32,000 bases of DNA from contig NC_006576.1 of assembly GCF_000010065.1 (NCBI RefSeq), positions 2,010,001 through 2,042,000 on the forward strand, in the 5' to 3' direction. The notes under the pieces are model-generated. The model had not been told where the DNA came from, searched no databases, and was given only the letters and a program-made list of their open reading frames with translations. A program made the translations under genes and the position numbers. Shown here piece after piece: positions 19,294-30,242 of the stretch. This DNA is from Synechococcus elongatus PCC 6301. Its GTDB lineage: Bacteria; Cyanobacteriota; Cyanobacteriia; Synechococcales; Synechococcaceae. The first letter of the stretch is position 1; each line of letters opens with the position of its first letter.

Positions 19294-20223
19294 GTGACAT
19301 TTCAAGTCGAATGCGTCGAGAGCCGCACTGAAGCCGACCAAGGGCAATATGGCCGCTTTTCCATCGAGCCTCTCGCTCGTGGGCAAGGTACAACGGTTGG
19401 CAATGCGCTCCGGCGTGTGTTGCTCTCCAACCTAGAAGGAACAGCCGTCACAGCTGTCCGGATCGGTGGTGTCAACCACGAATTCGCAACCATCCCCGGC
19501 GTGCGGGAGGATGTCCTCGACATCTTGCTCAACGTCCGTGAGTTGGTGGTGCATGCCCACAGTCCTCAGCCCCAGATTGGTCGGCTGCGGGTGGTGGGTC
19601 CGGCAACTGTCACGGCTGCTGATGTTGACTTTGGCCCTGAAGTTGAAGTCATCAATCCCAATCACTACATCGCTTCGCTCTCTGAGGGTGCCACCCTCGA
19701 GATGGAGTTGAAAGTTGAGTGGGGCACGGGCTACCGCGCCATCGACCGCAGCCATGACGAAACGACTGCCCTAGACTTTCTGCAACTTGATGCTGTATTC
19801 ATGCCGGTGCGTCGGGTGAACTACAGCGTTGAAGATGCGCGCGTCGGGGAATCCACGGCCATCGACCGCCTCGTACTCGAGGTTTGGACCAATGGCAGTC
19901 TCTCGCCCCAGGAAGCACTGAGCCAAGCCGCCTCTTGTCTCGTCGCGCTGTTCGAGCCGTTGAAAAACGTCAGTGTTGGCAGTACCCACACCGCCGATCC
20001 TGAGCCCACGCCCGAAAGCCAAACGCCGATCGAAGATCTGCAGCTTTCGGTTCGGGCTTACAACTGCCTGAAGCGGGCGCAAGTGAACTCCGTTGCTGAC
20101 TTGCTGAGCTACACCTACGAAGATCTACTGGAGATCAAAAACTTCGGCCAGAAATCGGCTGAAGAGGTGGTCGAAGCTCTCGAGCGCATCGGCATTAAGC
20201 TCCAGGAATCGAAAGTTTCCTGA
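19294..20223 (+). CDS. rpoA: DNA-directed RNA polymerase subunit alpha
   Basis: GTG start. ...[20 protein letters not shown]... with a C-terminal HhH domain ([12 protein letters not shown]...). Confidence 0.95.
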
Positions 20224-20258
20224 GTCTGTCCGTTTGTTTTGCGAACACGGTTTCTCCC

Positions 20259-20609
20259 ATGCGTCATCGTTGTAATGTTCCACAGCTGGGTCGCCCAGCT
20301 GACCAGCGCAAGGCTCTGTTGCGCTCTCTGACCACCGAAATTATTCGGAATGGTACGGTTACGACCACCAAAGCTCGTGCCAAAGCCGTGCGTTCTGAAG
20401 TGGAGCGGATGGTGACCCTCGCCAAAGATGGCAGCCTAGCCGCTCGGCGTCAGGCCTTGGGTTACATCTACGACAAACAGCTGGTTCACTTGCTGTTTGA
20501 GCAGGCTCCCGAGCGCTACGCAAAACGTCAAGGTGGCTACACCCGCATCTTGCGGACTGTCCGCCGCCGTGGCGACAATGCAGAAATGGCCATCATTGAG
20601 TTGACTTAG
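20259..20609 (+). CDS. rplQ: 50S ribosomal protein L17
   Basis: [24 protein letters not shown]... Confidence 0.95.
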   Translation: MRHRCNVPQLGRPADQRKALLRSLTTEIIRNGTVTTTKARAKAVRSEVERMVTLAKDGSLAARRQALGYIYDKQLVHLLFEQAPERYAKRQGGYTRILRTVRRRGDNAEMAIIELT

Positions 20610-21496
20610 TGATGGCGATCGCAGAAGAACCCGCTCAAGCCCCTGTGATTCAGCGTATTGCGCTGGTCATTCAGTACTTGGGTCAAGGCTTCTGCGGCTG
20701 GCAGCGTCAACCGCGCCAGCGTTCTGTGCAGGGTGAACTCGAGTCTGCGATCGCAGCTGTTGTGGGTCATCCCGTCTCAGTACAGTCCGCCGGACGTACT
20801 GATACCGGCGTTCATGCTGCCGCCCAGGTGGCACATTTCGAAACGACTAGTCCGATTCCAGCCCATCGTTGGCCCTCGGTTCTGAATGGTCGTCTCACGC
20901 CAGACCTCAACATCCGCGCCGCTGCAATCGTCCCTGCTAACTGGCATGCGCGCTTCAGCGCTAGCTACCGCCGCTACCGATACACGATCTACACCGATCC
21001 CTGTCCGAACCTGTTCTTGAACTCCTACGTGTGGCACTACTACCAAGCGCCACTCTGTGAGAACCAAATGCAGGCTGCCCTCCAAACCCTTGTGGGATAT
21101 CACCACCTCGCTGCTTTTCAGCGATCGGGTTCCAAACGACAGCATGCTTGGGTTCATGTTCAAGACGCTTGGGTCCGACGTCGGGACTCGCTGATTGAGA
21201 TCGAAGTTCAGGCCAGTGGCTTCCTCTACGGCATGATTCGTCTTCTCGTAGGCTTGCTCGTACAAGTCGGTGAAGGCAGTCGCTCCCTAGAGTCATTCAC
21301 GGACATCTGGGTCAATCAGCGCCGCGATCGCGTAAGGCATGCTGCTCCTCCCCAAGGACTCTGCCTGTTGCGCATTGGCTATCCGGACTCCCCGTTTCCG
21401 GTAGACGCATGGTTTGATACCCAGCCGCTGTTCGTGCTCCCCTCATCCCGCAACGATTCAGAATCCCTGAGTCCGTGCGCGGTTTCCCTTGGTTAA
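20609..21496 (+). CDS. truA: tRNA pseudouridine(38-40) synthase
   Basis: It has the catalytic motif SAGRTDTGVHA and ...YRYRY... The start is GTG 20609 (overlapping the rplQ stop) or ATG 20612. Confidence 0.9.
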   Translation: MMAIAEEPAQAPVIQRIALVIQYLGQGFCGWQRQPRQRSVQGELESAIAAVVGHPVSVQSAGRTDTGVHAAAQVAHFETTSPIPAHRWPSVLNGRLTPDLNIRAAAIVPANWHARFSASYRRYRYTIYTDPCPNLFLNSYVWHYYQAPLCENQMQAALQTLVGYHHLAAFQRSGSKRQHAWVHVQDAWVRRRDSLIEIEVQASGFLYGMIRLLVGLLVQVGEGSRSLESFTDIWVNQRRDRVRHAAPPQGLCLLRIGYPDSPFPVDAWFDTQPLFVLPSSRNDSESLSPCAVSLG

Positions 21497-21511
21497 TCCG
21501 AGTTTTCTCCC

Positions 21512-21967
21512 ATGAACAAAACCTACCTCCCAAGCCAAGGCGCGATTGAGCGCAACTGGTACGTGGTGGATGCGGCCGATCAGCGTCTCGGTCGTCTAGC
21601 TACGGAAATTGCCCGTGTTTTGCGCGGCAAGCACAAACCGACCTACACCCCTCACATGGATACGGGGGATTTTGTCATCGTGATCAACGCTGATAAGGTC
21701 ACGGTCACTGGTCGTAAGGCGTCCCAAAAGCTCTACCGTCGTCACTCGGGTCGCCCGGGCGGCATGAAGGTCGAAACCTTTGCTCACCTTCAGCAACGCT
21801 TGCCGGAGCGCATCATCGAGCAAGCTGTTAAAGGGATGCTGCCGAAAAATGCTCTCGGTCGCCAACTCTTTACCAAACTCAAGGTCTATCGCGGTGCAGA
21901 ACACCCCCATCAGGCACAACAGCCTGAAGTCTTGAGCATCCAAACTTTTGCTGGAGATGACAACTAA
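21512..21967 (+). CDS. rplM: 50S ribosomal protein L13
   Basis: ...[35 protein letters not shown]... Confidence 0.96.
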   Translation: MNKTYLPSQGAIERNWYVVDAADQRLGRLATEIARVLRGKHKPTYTPHMDTGDFVIVINADKVTVTGRKASQKLYRRHSGRPGGMKVETFAHLQQRLPERIIEQAVKGMLPKNALGRQLFTKLKVYRGAEHPHQAQQPEVLSIQTFAGDDN

Positions 21968-22374
21968 TGACGGACTCTTCTGGACGCGTTGTTTACTGGG
22001 GCACCGGCCGTCGCAAAACGGCAGTTGCTCGGGTTCGCTTGGTGCCCGGTAGCGGCAAGTTGGTCATCAATGGCCGCGAGGGAGACAATTACCTCAACTA
22101 CAACCCGGCTTACCTGAACGCAACTCGCCTGCCCTTGGAGACCCTAGGCTTGGAAGGCGACTACGACATTCTTGCCAATGTCCACGGCGGTGGCCTGACC
22201 GGCCAAGCCGATGCGATTCGCTTGGGTGTGGCGCGGGCATTGTGTGAGCTGGCCCCCGAGAACCGTAAGCCCTTGAAAGTTGAAGGCTTCCTGAGCCGTG
22301 ACCCCCGCCGCAAAGAGCGGAAGAAATACGGTCTCAAGAAAGCTCGGAAAGCGCCTCAGTTCTCCAAACGCTAA
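21967..22374 (+). CDS. rpsI: 30S ribosomal protein S9
   Basis: ...[16 protein letters not shown]... with C-terminal ...[12 protein letters not shown]. The ATG overlaps the rplM stop (TAATG). Confidence 0.96.
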   Translation: MTDSSGRVVYWGTGRRKTAVARVRLVPGSGKLVINGREGDNYLNYNPAYLNATRLPLETLGLEGDYDILANVHGGGLTGQADAIRLGVARALCELAPENRKPLKVEGFLSRDPRRKERKKYGLKKARKAPQFSKR

Positions 22375-22404
22375 TTTTTTATCCTTGTTTGTGAGGTCTA
22401 CCCC

Positions 22405-22638
22405 ATGCCAAAAGCTGATATTCATCCGCAGTGGTATCCCGAAGCCAAGGTCTACTGCAACGGTGAAGAAGTGATGACCGTGGGCTCGACCCAACCAGAA
22501 CTCCATGTGGATGTCTGGTCGGGCAACCACCCCTTCTACACCGGCACGCAAAAGATCATCGACACCGAAGGTCGGGTCGAACGCTTCTTGCGCAAATACG
22601 GCATGCTCGAAGGCGACCAAGCCAAGAGCGAAGCTTAA
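22405..22638 (+). CDS. rpmE: 50S ribosomal protein L31
   Basis: MPKADIHPQWYPEAKVYCNGE...HPFYTG... Confidence 0.94.
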   Translation: MPKADIHPQWYPEAKVYCNGEEVMTVGSTQPELHVDVWSGNHPFYTGTQKIIDTEGRVERFLRKYGMLEGDQAKSEA

Positions 22639-22655
22639 ATTCTGTCCGTGTGCTG

Positions 22656-22686
22656 GGAAGCCCCAATTTGGGGCTTCCTTTGTTTT
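22656..22686 (+). terminator. Rho-independent terminator closing the ribosomal protein cluster
   Basis: A perfect 9-bp stem, GGAAGCCCC (22656-22664) with GGGGCTTCC (22670-22678), encloses loop AATTT. It is followed by TTTGTTTT and lies 18 nt after the rpmE stop. Confidence 0.8.
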
Positions 22687-22688
22687 AG

Positions 22689-23846
<1,158 letters not shown>

Positions 23847-23859
23847 TCTGAGTCTCGTT

Positions 23860-24357
23860 TTAAGCCCCGATCACGTACTTGCGCCATTCTTGGTGGCTGC
23901 CTTGGTTGAGATAGCGTGAAATCTCAAAGTAGAGGCTGCTGACGGGTTGGCGCGGTGTGCTCATCAGGGGCATCCCTGCCTCTTTAGGCGTACGGTTGCC
24001 CTTGTGAACGTTGCAGCGCATGCAGGCCGTAATCACGTTCTCCCAGGTATCGGCTCCCCCCCGCGATCGTGGCAAGATGTGGTCGAGGGTCAGATTCTCA
24101 CCGTGATAGCCGCAATACTGACAGGAATGACCGTCTCGATGCAAAACATTTCGACGGGTTAGTGGGATCTCGTTGTAGGGAATACGGACGTATTGACGTA
24201 GTCGAATCACCGTCGGAAGTGGTAGATCAGGCAGGATCATTCGACCGTTGTGCTCTAAACTTTCAGCCTTATCTTTCAAAAGCAAGATCACTGCTCGCCG
24301 CCAGCTCGTGATGTTGAGTGGCTCGTAGGAAGCGTTGAGCACTAAAACCTTGCCCAT
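23860..24357 (-). CDS. Stand-alone HNH endonuclease family protein
   Basis: 165-aa ORF. The HNH/zinc-finger core is CQYCGYHGENLTLDHILPRSRGGADTWENVITACMRCNVHKGNRTP, preceded by a ~70-aa N-terminal domain of unknown role. Confidence 0.85.
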   Translation of the reverse strand: MGKVLVLNASYEPLNITSWRRAVILLLKDKAESLEHNGRMILPDLPLPTVIRLRQYVRIPYNEIPLTRRNVLHRDGHSCQYCGYHGENLTLDHILPRSRGGADTWENVITACMRCNVHKGNRTPKEAGMPLMSTPRQPVSSLYFEISRYLNQGSHQEWRKYVIGA

Positions 24358-24481
24358 AGGGCTTGAATGGGCTTTTCAAAAGTTTGCCCAGATGGTAACA
24401 CAACCTTCAGAAAGGCTTCGGCTCCCGAGGGTCTCCGCAGCGTTTGGAGGCGATTAGGATGCAGGGTAGAGGTGGTGTTGA

Positions 24482-25702
24482 GTGACTGTGAAACCGATTG
24501 ATCCCCAACCAACTCCGCGTTGGCCAGCGCGACGGTTAGAGCAACTTTCCTATCAGCGGGCTTGGGTCGAAGTTGATCAGGGGGCGATCGCGGCCAACAC
24601 GCGTCAGATCCGCCAGTTCCTCGCACCCAGTTGTGAATTGATGGCAGTCGTCAAAGCGGATGCCTATGGTCACGGCGCTGTTGCGATCGCCAGTACGGTT
24701 TTAGGTGCTGGAGCCACTGCCTTGGGAGTTGCCACGATCCCGGAAGGAGTACGGTTGCGGGAGGCGGGGATCACTGCACCGATTCTGCTGCTGGGATCGA
24801 TCCATAGCCCCGACGAAGTGCAAGCGATCGCTCATTGGCAGATCCAGCCCAGTCTCAGCACCCCCAAGCAGGCATTAATCTGTGCGGAAGCATTAGATCG
24901 CTTGGGACAGTCTCTCCCTGTCCATCTCAAACTTGATACCGGCATGTCCCGCCTCGGAGCACCTTGGCAAACTGCGGTCGAGTTCCTGCAGCTCGTTCAT
25001 GGTTTGCCGTCGCTCCAGCTTGCCAGTCTCTACTCGCACTTCGCAACGGCAGACAGCCCAGATCGCGCGCCGCTCCAGCAACAACATGCAGCATTTGAAC
25101 AGGCGATCGCCCAAATCCAAGCAGAAGGATTGCCAGTCCCTAAGCTTCACATTGCTAACTCAGCAGCGACGCTATTGGATTCGAGCCTTCACTACGACCA
25201 AGTCCGTGTTGGGCTAGCGCTGTATGGGCTTTACCCCGCACCGCACCTTGGCGATCGTCTGTCTTTATATCCAGCTTTATCGGTCAAAGCACGGGTGACT
25301 CACGTCACGACCCTGCCTGCAGGCCAAGGCGTTAGCTACGGCCATCGCTACGTGACTCAACGGGAAACGCCGATCGCCGTTGTTGGGATCGGTTATGCCG
25401 ATGGTGTGCCGCGTGCCCTGTCTAATCAGATGGAGGTGCTCTACCGCGGTCAGCGGCTGCCACAGATTGGGGCGATCACAATGGACCAGATGATGATCGA
25501 CATCTCTGCCATGCCCCAATTGGCACCGGGAGATGTTGTCACCCTGTTGGGGCGATCGGGGTCAGAACAGATTACCGCTGACGATTGGGCCGATCGCGCC
25601 AATACGATTAGCTGGGAAATTCTCTGCGGCTTTAAAGATCGGCTGCCACGCTTTGCCGTCGCCGCGGATTGGTCATCCAATCAAGTCACTGTCAGGTCTT
25701 AA
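24482..25702 (+). CDS. alr: Alanine racemase
   Basis: 406-aa ORF with the PLP-lysine motif AVVKADAYGHG, ...SHFATAD... and ...ISWEILCG... The GTG 24482 start is uncertain by a few codons. Confidence 0.9.
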   Translation: MTVKPIDPQPTPRWPARRLEQLSYQRAWVEVDQGAIAANTRQIRQFLAPSCELMAVVKADAYGHGAVAIASTVLGAGATALGVATIPEGVRLREAGITAPILLLGSIHSPDEVQAIAHWQIQPSLSTPKQALICAEALDRLGQSLPVHLKLDTGMSRLGAPWQTAVEFLQLVHGLPSLQLASLYSHFATADSPDRAPLQQQHAAFEQAIAQIQAEGLPVPKLHIANSAATLLDSSLHYDQVRVGLALYGLYPAPHLGDRLSLYPALSVKARVTHVTTLPAGQGVSYGHRYVTQRETPIAVVGIGYADGVPRALSNQMEVLYRGQRLPQIGAITMDQMMIDISAMPQLAPGDVVTLLGRSGSEQITADDWADRANTISWEILCGFKDRLPRFAVAADWSSNQVTVRS

Positions 25703-25740
25703 CGCCGCGGGGAAGTTCTGCTACGATAACGAAACCGCTT

Positions 25741-25829
25741 GGAGAGATGGCTGAGTGGTCGAAAGCAGCACATTGCTAATGTGCCGAGTCGTGTACGCGG
25801 CTCCGAGGGTTCGAATCCCTCTCTCTCCG
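25741..25829 (+). tRNA. tRNA-Ser (anticodon GCU), class II with long variable arm; CCA not encoded
   Basis: The acceptor stem is GGAGAGA/TCTCTCC with discriminator G. The anticodon stem-loop is GCACA-TTGCTAA-TGTGC, the T arm is GAGGG-TTCGAAT-CCCTC, and the extra arm is about 19 nt. Confidence 0.9.
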
Positions 25830-25951
25830 TTCGATACAACAAGTAATCCTAGATGACGAGTCTGCGATCGCAAAGATTGCAGTTTCGTTATGCAGACCAG
25901 GGATCGCGATCGAGGTTTCTAGCCTAGAGGCAGCACTAGGCTAAACCCGAC

Positions 25952-26443
25952 ATGAGTGGCAACTGCTGCGTTCTACCTCAAATTGCTTCGCCGGCCAGCT
26001 TGCTGGTCTACCGCCTTCGTCCTCAGGGAAGCAACCGCTTTGCAGTCTTATTCGATCCTGAGCAGGCAGGAGTATCCTTGGTGGCTTGCTTTGAGGTTTT
26101 TGATCCGGGTGGATCTACGCCTCCCAACTTGCATGGACGCGCGATCGAATTTTTCTATGTGATTGCGGGTGAAGGCGAAGCCTACTGTGATGGTAAGCGA
26201 ACTGCGATTGCTGCAGGAGACATGCTGCTGATTCCCGCAACCGGATTGCATGAAATTCGCAACACCCATCAGGATCAACGCCTCTACGTGCTGACGCTGA
26301 TGATCCCCAATGAGGCCTTTATTGAGCTAATCCGGTCTGGCATTCCCGATCGCCTCGATGCGGCGGATTTAGCGGTGCTGCAGCAGCTACGGACCATTCC
26401 ACAAGTTCCAGCTTCAGCCAGAGTGGCTGCGGCAATCGCCTAA
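25952..26443 (+). CDS. Cupin domain protein
   Basis: 163-aa ORF with a two-motif cupin pattern, ...PPNLHGRAIEFFYVIAGEGEAYCDG... and ...GDMLLIPATGLHEIRN... Confidence 0.7.
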   Translation: MSGNCCVLPQIASPASLLVYRLRPQGSNRFAVLFDPEQAGVSLVACFEVFDPGGSTPPNLHGRAIEFFYVIAGEGEAYCDGKRTAIAAGDMLLIPATGLHEIRNTHQDQRLYVLTLMIPNEAFIELIRSGIPDRLDAADLAVLQQLRTIPQVPASARVAAAIA

Positions 26444-26500
26444 CAGGACTGGGCGAGTCGGATAGGATGCTGGAACAGCCCTTCTGGTTTGACTGCCTCC

Positions 26501-29113
26501 ATGTCTTTTGTTGGCCTGCACATGCACAGTGACTACAGCCTGCTGGATGGGGCGAGTCAGCTACCGGATCTGGTGGCGCGAGCTAAAGAACTGGGAATGC
26601 CCGCGATTGCTCTGACAGATCACGGCGTGATGTATGGAGCGATCGAACTCCTCAAAGTTTGCAAAAATCAGGGCAATATTCGACCGATTATCGGCAATGA
26701 AATGTATGTCATCAATAGCCCGATTGATGACCCTAACCCTCGCGTCCGCAAATATCACCCGATTGTTTTAGCCAAGAATAAGAAAGGCTATCAAAATCTG
26801 GTTAAGTTGACCTCTATTTCGCATCTGCAAGGCTTTAAAGGACGGGGAATTTTTGCACGTCCTTGTATTGATAAAGAACATCTCGAAAAATACCGTGAAG
26901 GTCTAATCGTTACGAGTGCCTGTTTGGGGGGTGAAATTCCCCAAGCAATTTTGCAAAGTCGTCCGGATGTGGCTCGACGGGTAGCAGCTTGGTATCAAGA
27001 GCGCTTTGGCGAAGACTTCTATCTGGAAATTCAAGATCACGGCTCACCTGAAGATCGGATTGTCAATGTCGAAATTGTCCGAATTGCTCAGGAACTGGGG
27101 ATTGAACTGGTTGCCACTAACGATAGCCACTTTATTTCCTGTTTTGATGTTGAAGCCCATGATGCTCTGCTCTGTATTCAAACGGGCAAGCTTGTCGTCG
27201 AAGATAAACGGCTTCGCTATAGCGGCACAGAGTACCTCAAGTCTGCTGAGGAAATGCATCAGCTATTTCGCGATCACTTGCCAGATGATGTGATTGCTAA
27301 AGCGATCGCTAATACGCTTGTGATTGCCAGCAAGATCGAGGACTATAACATCCTTGGCGAGCCTAAAATTCCGACTTTCCCTGTCCCCGATGGCTACAAC
27401 GAAGAAACCTATATGGCGGAAGTTGCTCGTCAGGGACTGGCGGAGCGGCTCAATTGCGATCGCTATGAAGACTGCGAAGAAGCTTATCGCGATCGCTTGG
27501 AATACGAAATTAAAATGATGCACGAAATGGGATTTGCCTCCTATTTCTTAGTGGTTTGGGATTACATCAAATTTGCCCGTGACAACAATATTCCTGTGGG
27601 CCCAGGTCGTGGATCAGCGGCGGGCTCACTGGTTGCCTACTGTATGGGCATCACCAATATTGATCCAGTTCATCATGGCTTGCTATTCGAAAGATTCCTG
27701 AATCCAGAACGCAAATCAATGCCGGATATTGATACAGACTTCTGCATTGATCAGCGGGATAAAGTGATTGACTATGTGACTAAAAAGTATGGAGAAGATC
27801 GCGTTGCCCAGATCATTACCTTCAACCGAATGACATCCAAAGCGGTGCTGAAGGATGTGGCGCGCGTGCTGGATATCCCCTACGGGGAAGCCGACCGCAT
27901 GGCCAAGCTCATCCCTGTAGCGCGGGGTAAGCCGGCAAAACTGAAGGTGATGATTTCAGATCAAACACCTGCGCCAGAGTTTAAAGAAAAATATGAAAAA
28001 GATGCCCGAGTGAAACACTGGGTCGATATGGCGCTGCGCATTGAGGGAACCAACAAAACATTTGGCGTCCATGCAGCGGGCGTCGTGATTTCAGCCGTTC
28101 CGCTCGATGAAATTGTGCCGCTCCAGCGGAATAATGATGGCCAAGTGATCACGCAGTATTACATGGAGGATATTGAAGCCTGTGGCCTCTTGAAAATGGA
28201 TTTTCTGGGCCTCAGAAACCTGACAATGATCCAAAAAGCGATCGATCTTGTTCAGGAAACGAGTGGACAAGCCATTGATCCCGATCGCCTACCAATGGAT
28301 GATCCAAAAACCTACCAGCTGTTAGCTAAAGGTGATCTGGAAGGGGTATTTCAGTTGGAGTCTTCCGGGATGCGGCAAATTGTCCGCGATTTGAAACCAT
28401 CTAACCTCGAAGATATTTCTTCAATTCTGGCACTCTATCGGCCGGGGCCTTTGGATGCTGGTTTGATTCCTAAATTTATTAATCGGAAGCATGGCCGAGA
28501 AGCGATCGACTATGCCGATCAGATGCTTCAGCCCATCCTGAATGAAACCTACGGAATCATGGTTTATCAGGAACAAATTATGAAAATTGCTCAAGACATG
28601 GGTGGCTACACACTCGGAGAAGCTGACTTGCTTCGGCGGGCGATGGGCAAGAAGAAAATGTCGGAGATGGTCAAACACCAAAGCACCTTTGTCGAAGGTG
28701 CAAAGAAGAATGGTGTTGCAGAAAAGGTTGCAGCTGAGCTCTTTGATCAGATGGTGCTGTTTGCCGAATATTGTTTGGCGGCAGATACAGAAGTTCTGAC
28801 CGTTGAATATGGCCCGATCGCAATTGGCAAACTAGTCGAAGAAAATATTCGTTGCCAAGTTTATTGCTGTAACCCAGATGGCTATATCTACAGTCAGCCG
28901 ATTGGTCAATGGCATCAACGAGGTGAACAGGAAGTGATTGAATACGAACTCAGTGATGGTCGCATCATTCGAGCAACTGCTGACCATCGCTTTATGACTG
29001 AAGAGGGTGAAATGCTGTCGCTGGATGAAATCTTTGAGCGATCGCTAGAACTGAAGCAGATTCCGACACCATTGTTAGCGATCGCTCAGCCATCCCCGTT
29101 AGCGACGGCGTAA
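26501..29113 (+). CDS. dnaE: DNA polymerase III alpha subunit, N-terminal split half (DnaE-N) fused to a split-intein N fragment
   Basis: It has a PHP domain start ([19 protein letters not shown]) and the polymerase core (...[19 protein letters not shown]..., ...PDIDTDF...). The reading frame stops 113 aa after the extein/intein junction FAEY|[15 protein letters not shown]. No beta-binding or OB-fold C-terminal part follows. The track start TTG 26489 is replaced by ATG 26501. Confidence 0.93.
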   Translation: MSFVGLHMHSDYSLLDGASQLPDLVARAKELGMPAIALTDHGVMYGAIELLKVCKNQGNIRPIIGNEMYVINSPIDDPNPRVRKYHPIVLAKNKKGYQNLVKLTSISHLQGFKGRGIFARPCIDKEHLEKYREGLIVTSACLGGEIPQAILQSRPDVARRVAAWYQERFGEDFYLEIQDHGSPEDRIVNVEIVRIAQELGIELVATNDSHFISCFDVEAHDALLCIQTGKLVVEDKRLRYSGTEYLKSAEEMHQLFRDHLPDDVIAKAIANTLVIASKIEDYNILGEPKIPTFPVPDGYNEETYMAEVARQGLAERLNCDRYEDCEEAYRDRLEYEIKMMHEMGFASYFLVVWDYIKFARDNNIPVGPGRGSAAGSLVAYCMGITNIDPVHHGLLFERFLNPERKSMPDIDTDFCIDQRDKVIDYVTKKYGEDRVAQIITFNRMTSKAVLKDVARVLDIPYGEADRMAKLIPVARGKPAKLKVMISDQTPAPEFKEKYEKDARVKHWVDMALRIEGTNKTFGVHAAGVVISAVPLDEIVPLQRNNDGQVITQYYMEDIEACGLLKMDFLGLRNLTMIQKAIDLVQETSGQAIDPDRLPMDDPKTYQLLAKGDLEGVFQLESSGMRQIVRDLKPSNLEDISSILALYRPGPLDAGLIPKFINRKHGREAIDYADQMLQPILNETYGIMVYQEQIMKIAQDMGGYTLGEADLLRRAMGKKKMSEMVKHQSTFVEGAKKNGVAEKVAAELFDQMVLFAEYCLAADTEVLTVEYGPIAIGKLVEENIRCQVYCCNPDGYIYSQPIGQWHQRGEQEVIEYELSDGRIIRATADHRFMTEEGEMLSLDEIFERSLELKQIPTPLLAIAQPSPLATA
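28772..29110 (+). other. DnaE split intein, N-terminal fragment (Int-N, 113 aa)
   Basis: [88 protein letters not shown]... parallels the Synechocystis Ssp DnaE Int-N ([22 protein letters not shown]...) block for block. Cys1 is at 28772. Confidence 0.9.
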
Positions 29114-30229
29114 CTTGCTAACTAACTTTCGCGAAAGGCTGAGATTCAGTCCTTCTTGATCACACCATTCCTGCAAGAGGCGATAGAACAATTGGCGATC
29201 GTCGCTGCGAAGAACAGCCGCTTGATCCGCAGTTTCGATCGCATAGGGATAGCCGCCGCCTGCAATTACTTCAGCGCGCAACCAATTCAGTACTGTCTCA
29301 TGTTGACCCGATTCCACTAACCACAAGGGCAATTCAATCCGAACAGGGTTGCCGTCATGGGTTTTGAGATAGCAATAGGCTAAGCGATCGCTCTGTTCTG
29401 CATAGGCTTTGAGGATGCTTCTGCGACAGCGTAGTAGGGGTGTGCGATCGCCCCAGCGTAATCCCTGCGCCACAATTTGAGCATCGACAAGCGATCGTGG
29501 CTCGGGCAATTCCTCAAACCAATCCTGCAGTAATTCAGCTAAGTCTTTTGCTGAAGAAGTGTCGATATAAGCGATGAGGGGAACACGACTGTTCTCACTC
29601 GCTCGGAGGAGTCGGACTAAACAATCAATGTAAACTTGCTGGGTTTCAGCCTCAAATGCTTCAGCAAAGGTTGCCACTAAGGAACCATCTAACAAAGCAC
29701 AGCAGTTAGGCTGACCTGCGTGACTCTCGAGGAACTGAACAAGGCGTTCTGTCTCCATCTGGAAACGACGCATATTGACCAATCGGTCAAAGTTTTCGGG
29801 CGACAGATCCTGAAAGTCTGCAGGGGCCAGGAGATCGACTGCAATCTCTTTGGTGTAAGGCTGCTTCAGTTCGTGAGGATTCTCAAACCAAGCGATTTGA
29901 ACTAGGGCAATCGGTAGTGAAAAATCTTTGCTGGGATAGATCTGCGAGCCATCTACTGCAAAGGTTGTGACCCCTTGAATCTGCGATCGTGCCCAATCAA
30001 GACTGGCTTCTCGATGGGGCCAGCGTTCAGGAAATCGCCAAAGACTGCCATCAAGACTGAGCGGCAGATCCAAGAGATGACCATCAATCCAGCTATCAGG
30101 TAGCCTTGCTAACTGTCGAAAGGCATCTCGATAGAGCTGTAGCAAGCTTTGAAACTGGTCATCTGCGCGGTTAAACTGATGTCGTTTACTCTCGAGCAAA
30201 CGCCGAATTTCACTGGCACGAGTGGGCAT
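29099..30229 (-). CDS. NurA-like nuclease domain protein (orphan, no HerA-like ATPase adjacent)
   Basis: 376-aa ORF. Its motifs parallel the NurA catalytic set as I recall it: [29 protein letters not shown] and the C-terminal [17 protein letters not shown]. The 3' end overlaps the dnaE-N 3' end by 15 nt, convergently. Confidence 0.6.
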   Translation of the reverse strand: MPTRASEIRRLLESKRHQFNRADDQFQSLLQLYRDAFRQLARLPDSWIDGHLLDLPLSLDGSLWRFPERWPHREASLDWARSQIQGVTTFAVDGSQIYPSKDFSLPIALVQIAWFENPHELKQPYTKEIAVDLLAPADFQDLSPENFDRLVNMRRFQMETERLVQFLESHAGQPNCCALLDGSLVATFAEAFEAETQQVYIDCLVRLLRASENSRVPLIAYIDTSSAKDLAELLQDWFEELPEPRSLVDAQIVAQGLRWGDRTPLLRCRRSILKAYAEQSDRLAYCYLKTHDGNPVRIELPLWLVESGQHETVLNWLRAEVIAGGGYPYAIETADQAAVLRSDDRQLFYRLLQEWCDQEGLNLSLSRKLVSKLRRR

Positions 30230-30242
30230 TGAATCAGCCTAG

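Noticed and set aside
25741-26500. tRNA-Ser as an integration site for a genomic island.
   Set aside because: There is no integrase gene. I could not spot a repeat of the tRNA 3' end downstream, and the following genes (cupin, dnaE-N) look resident and carry HIP1 sites.
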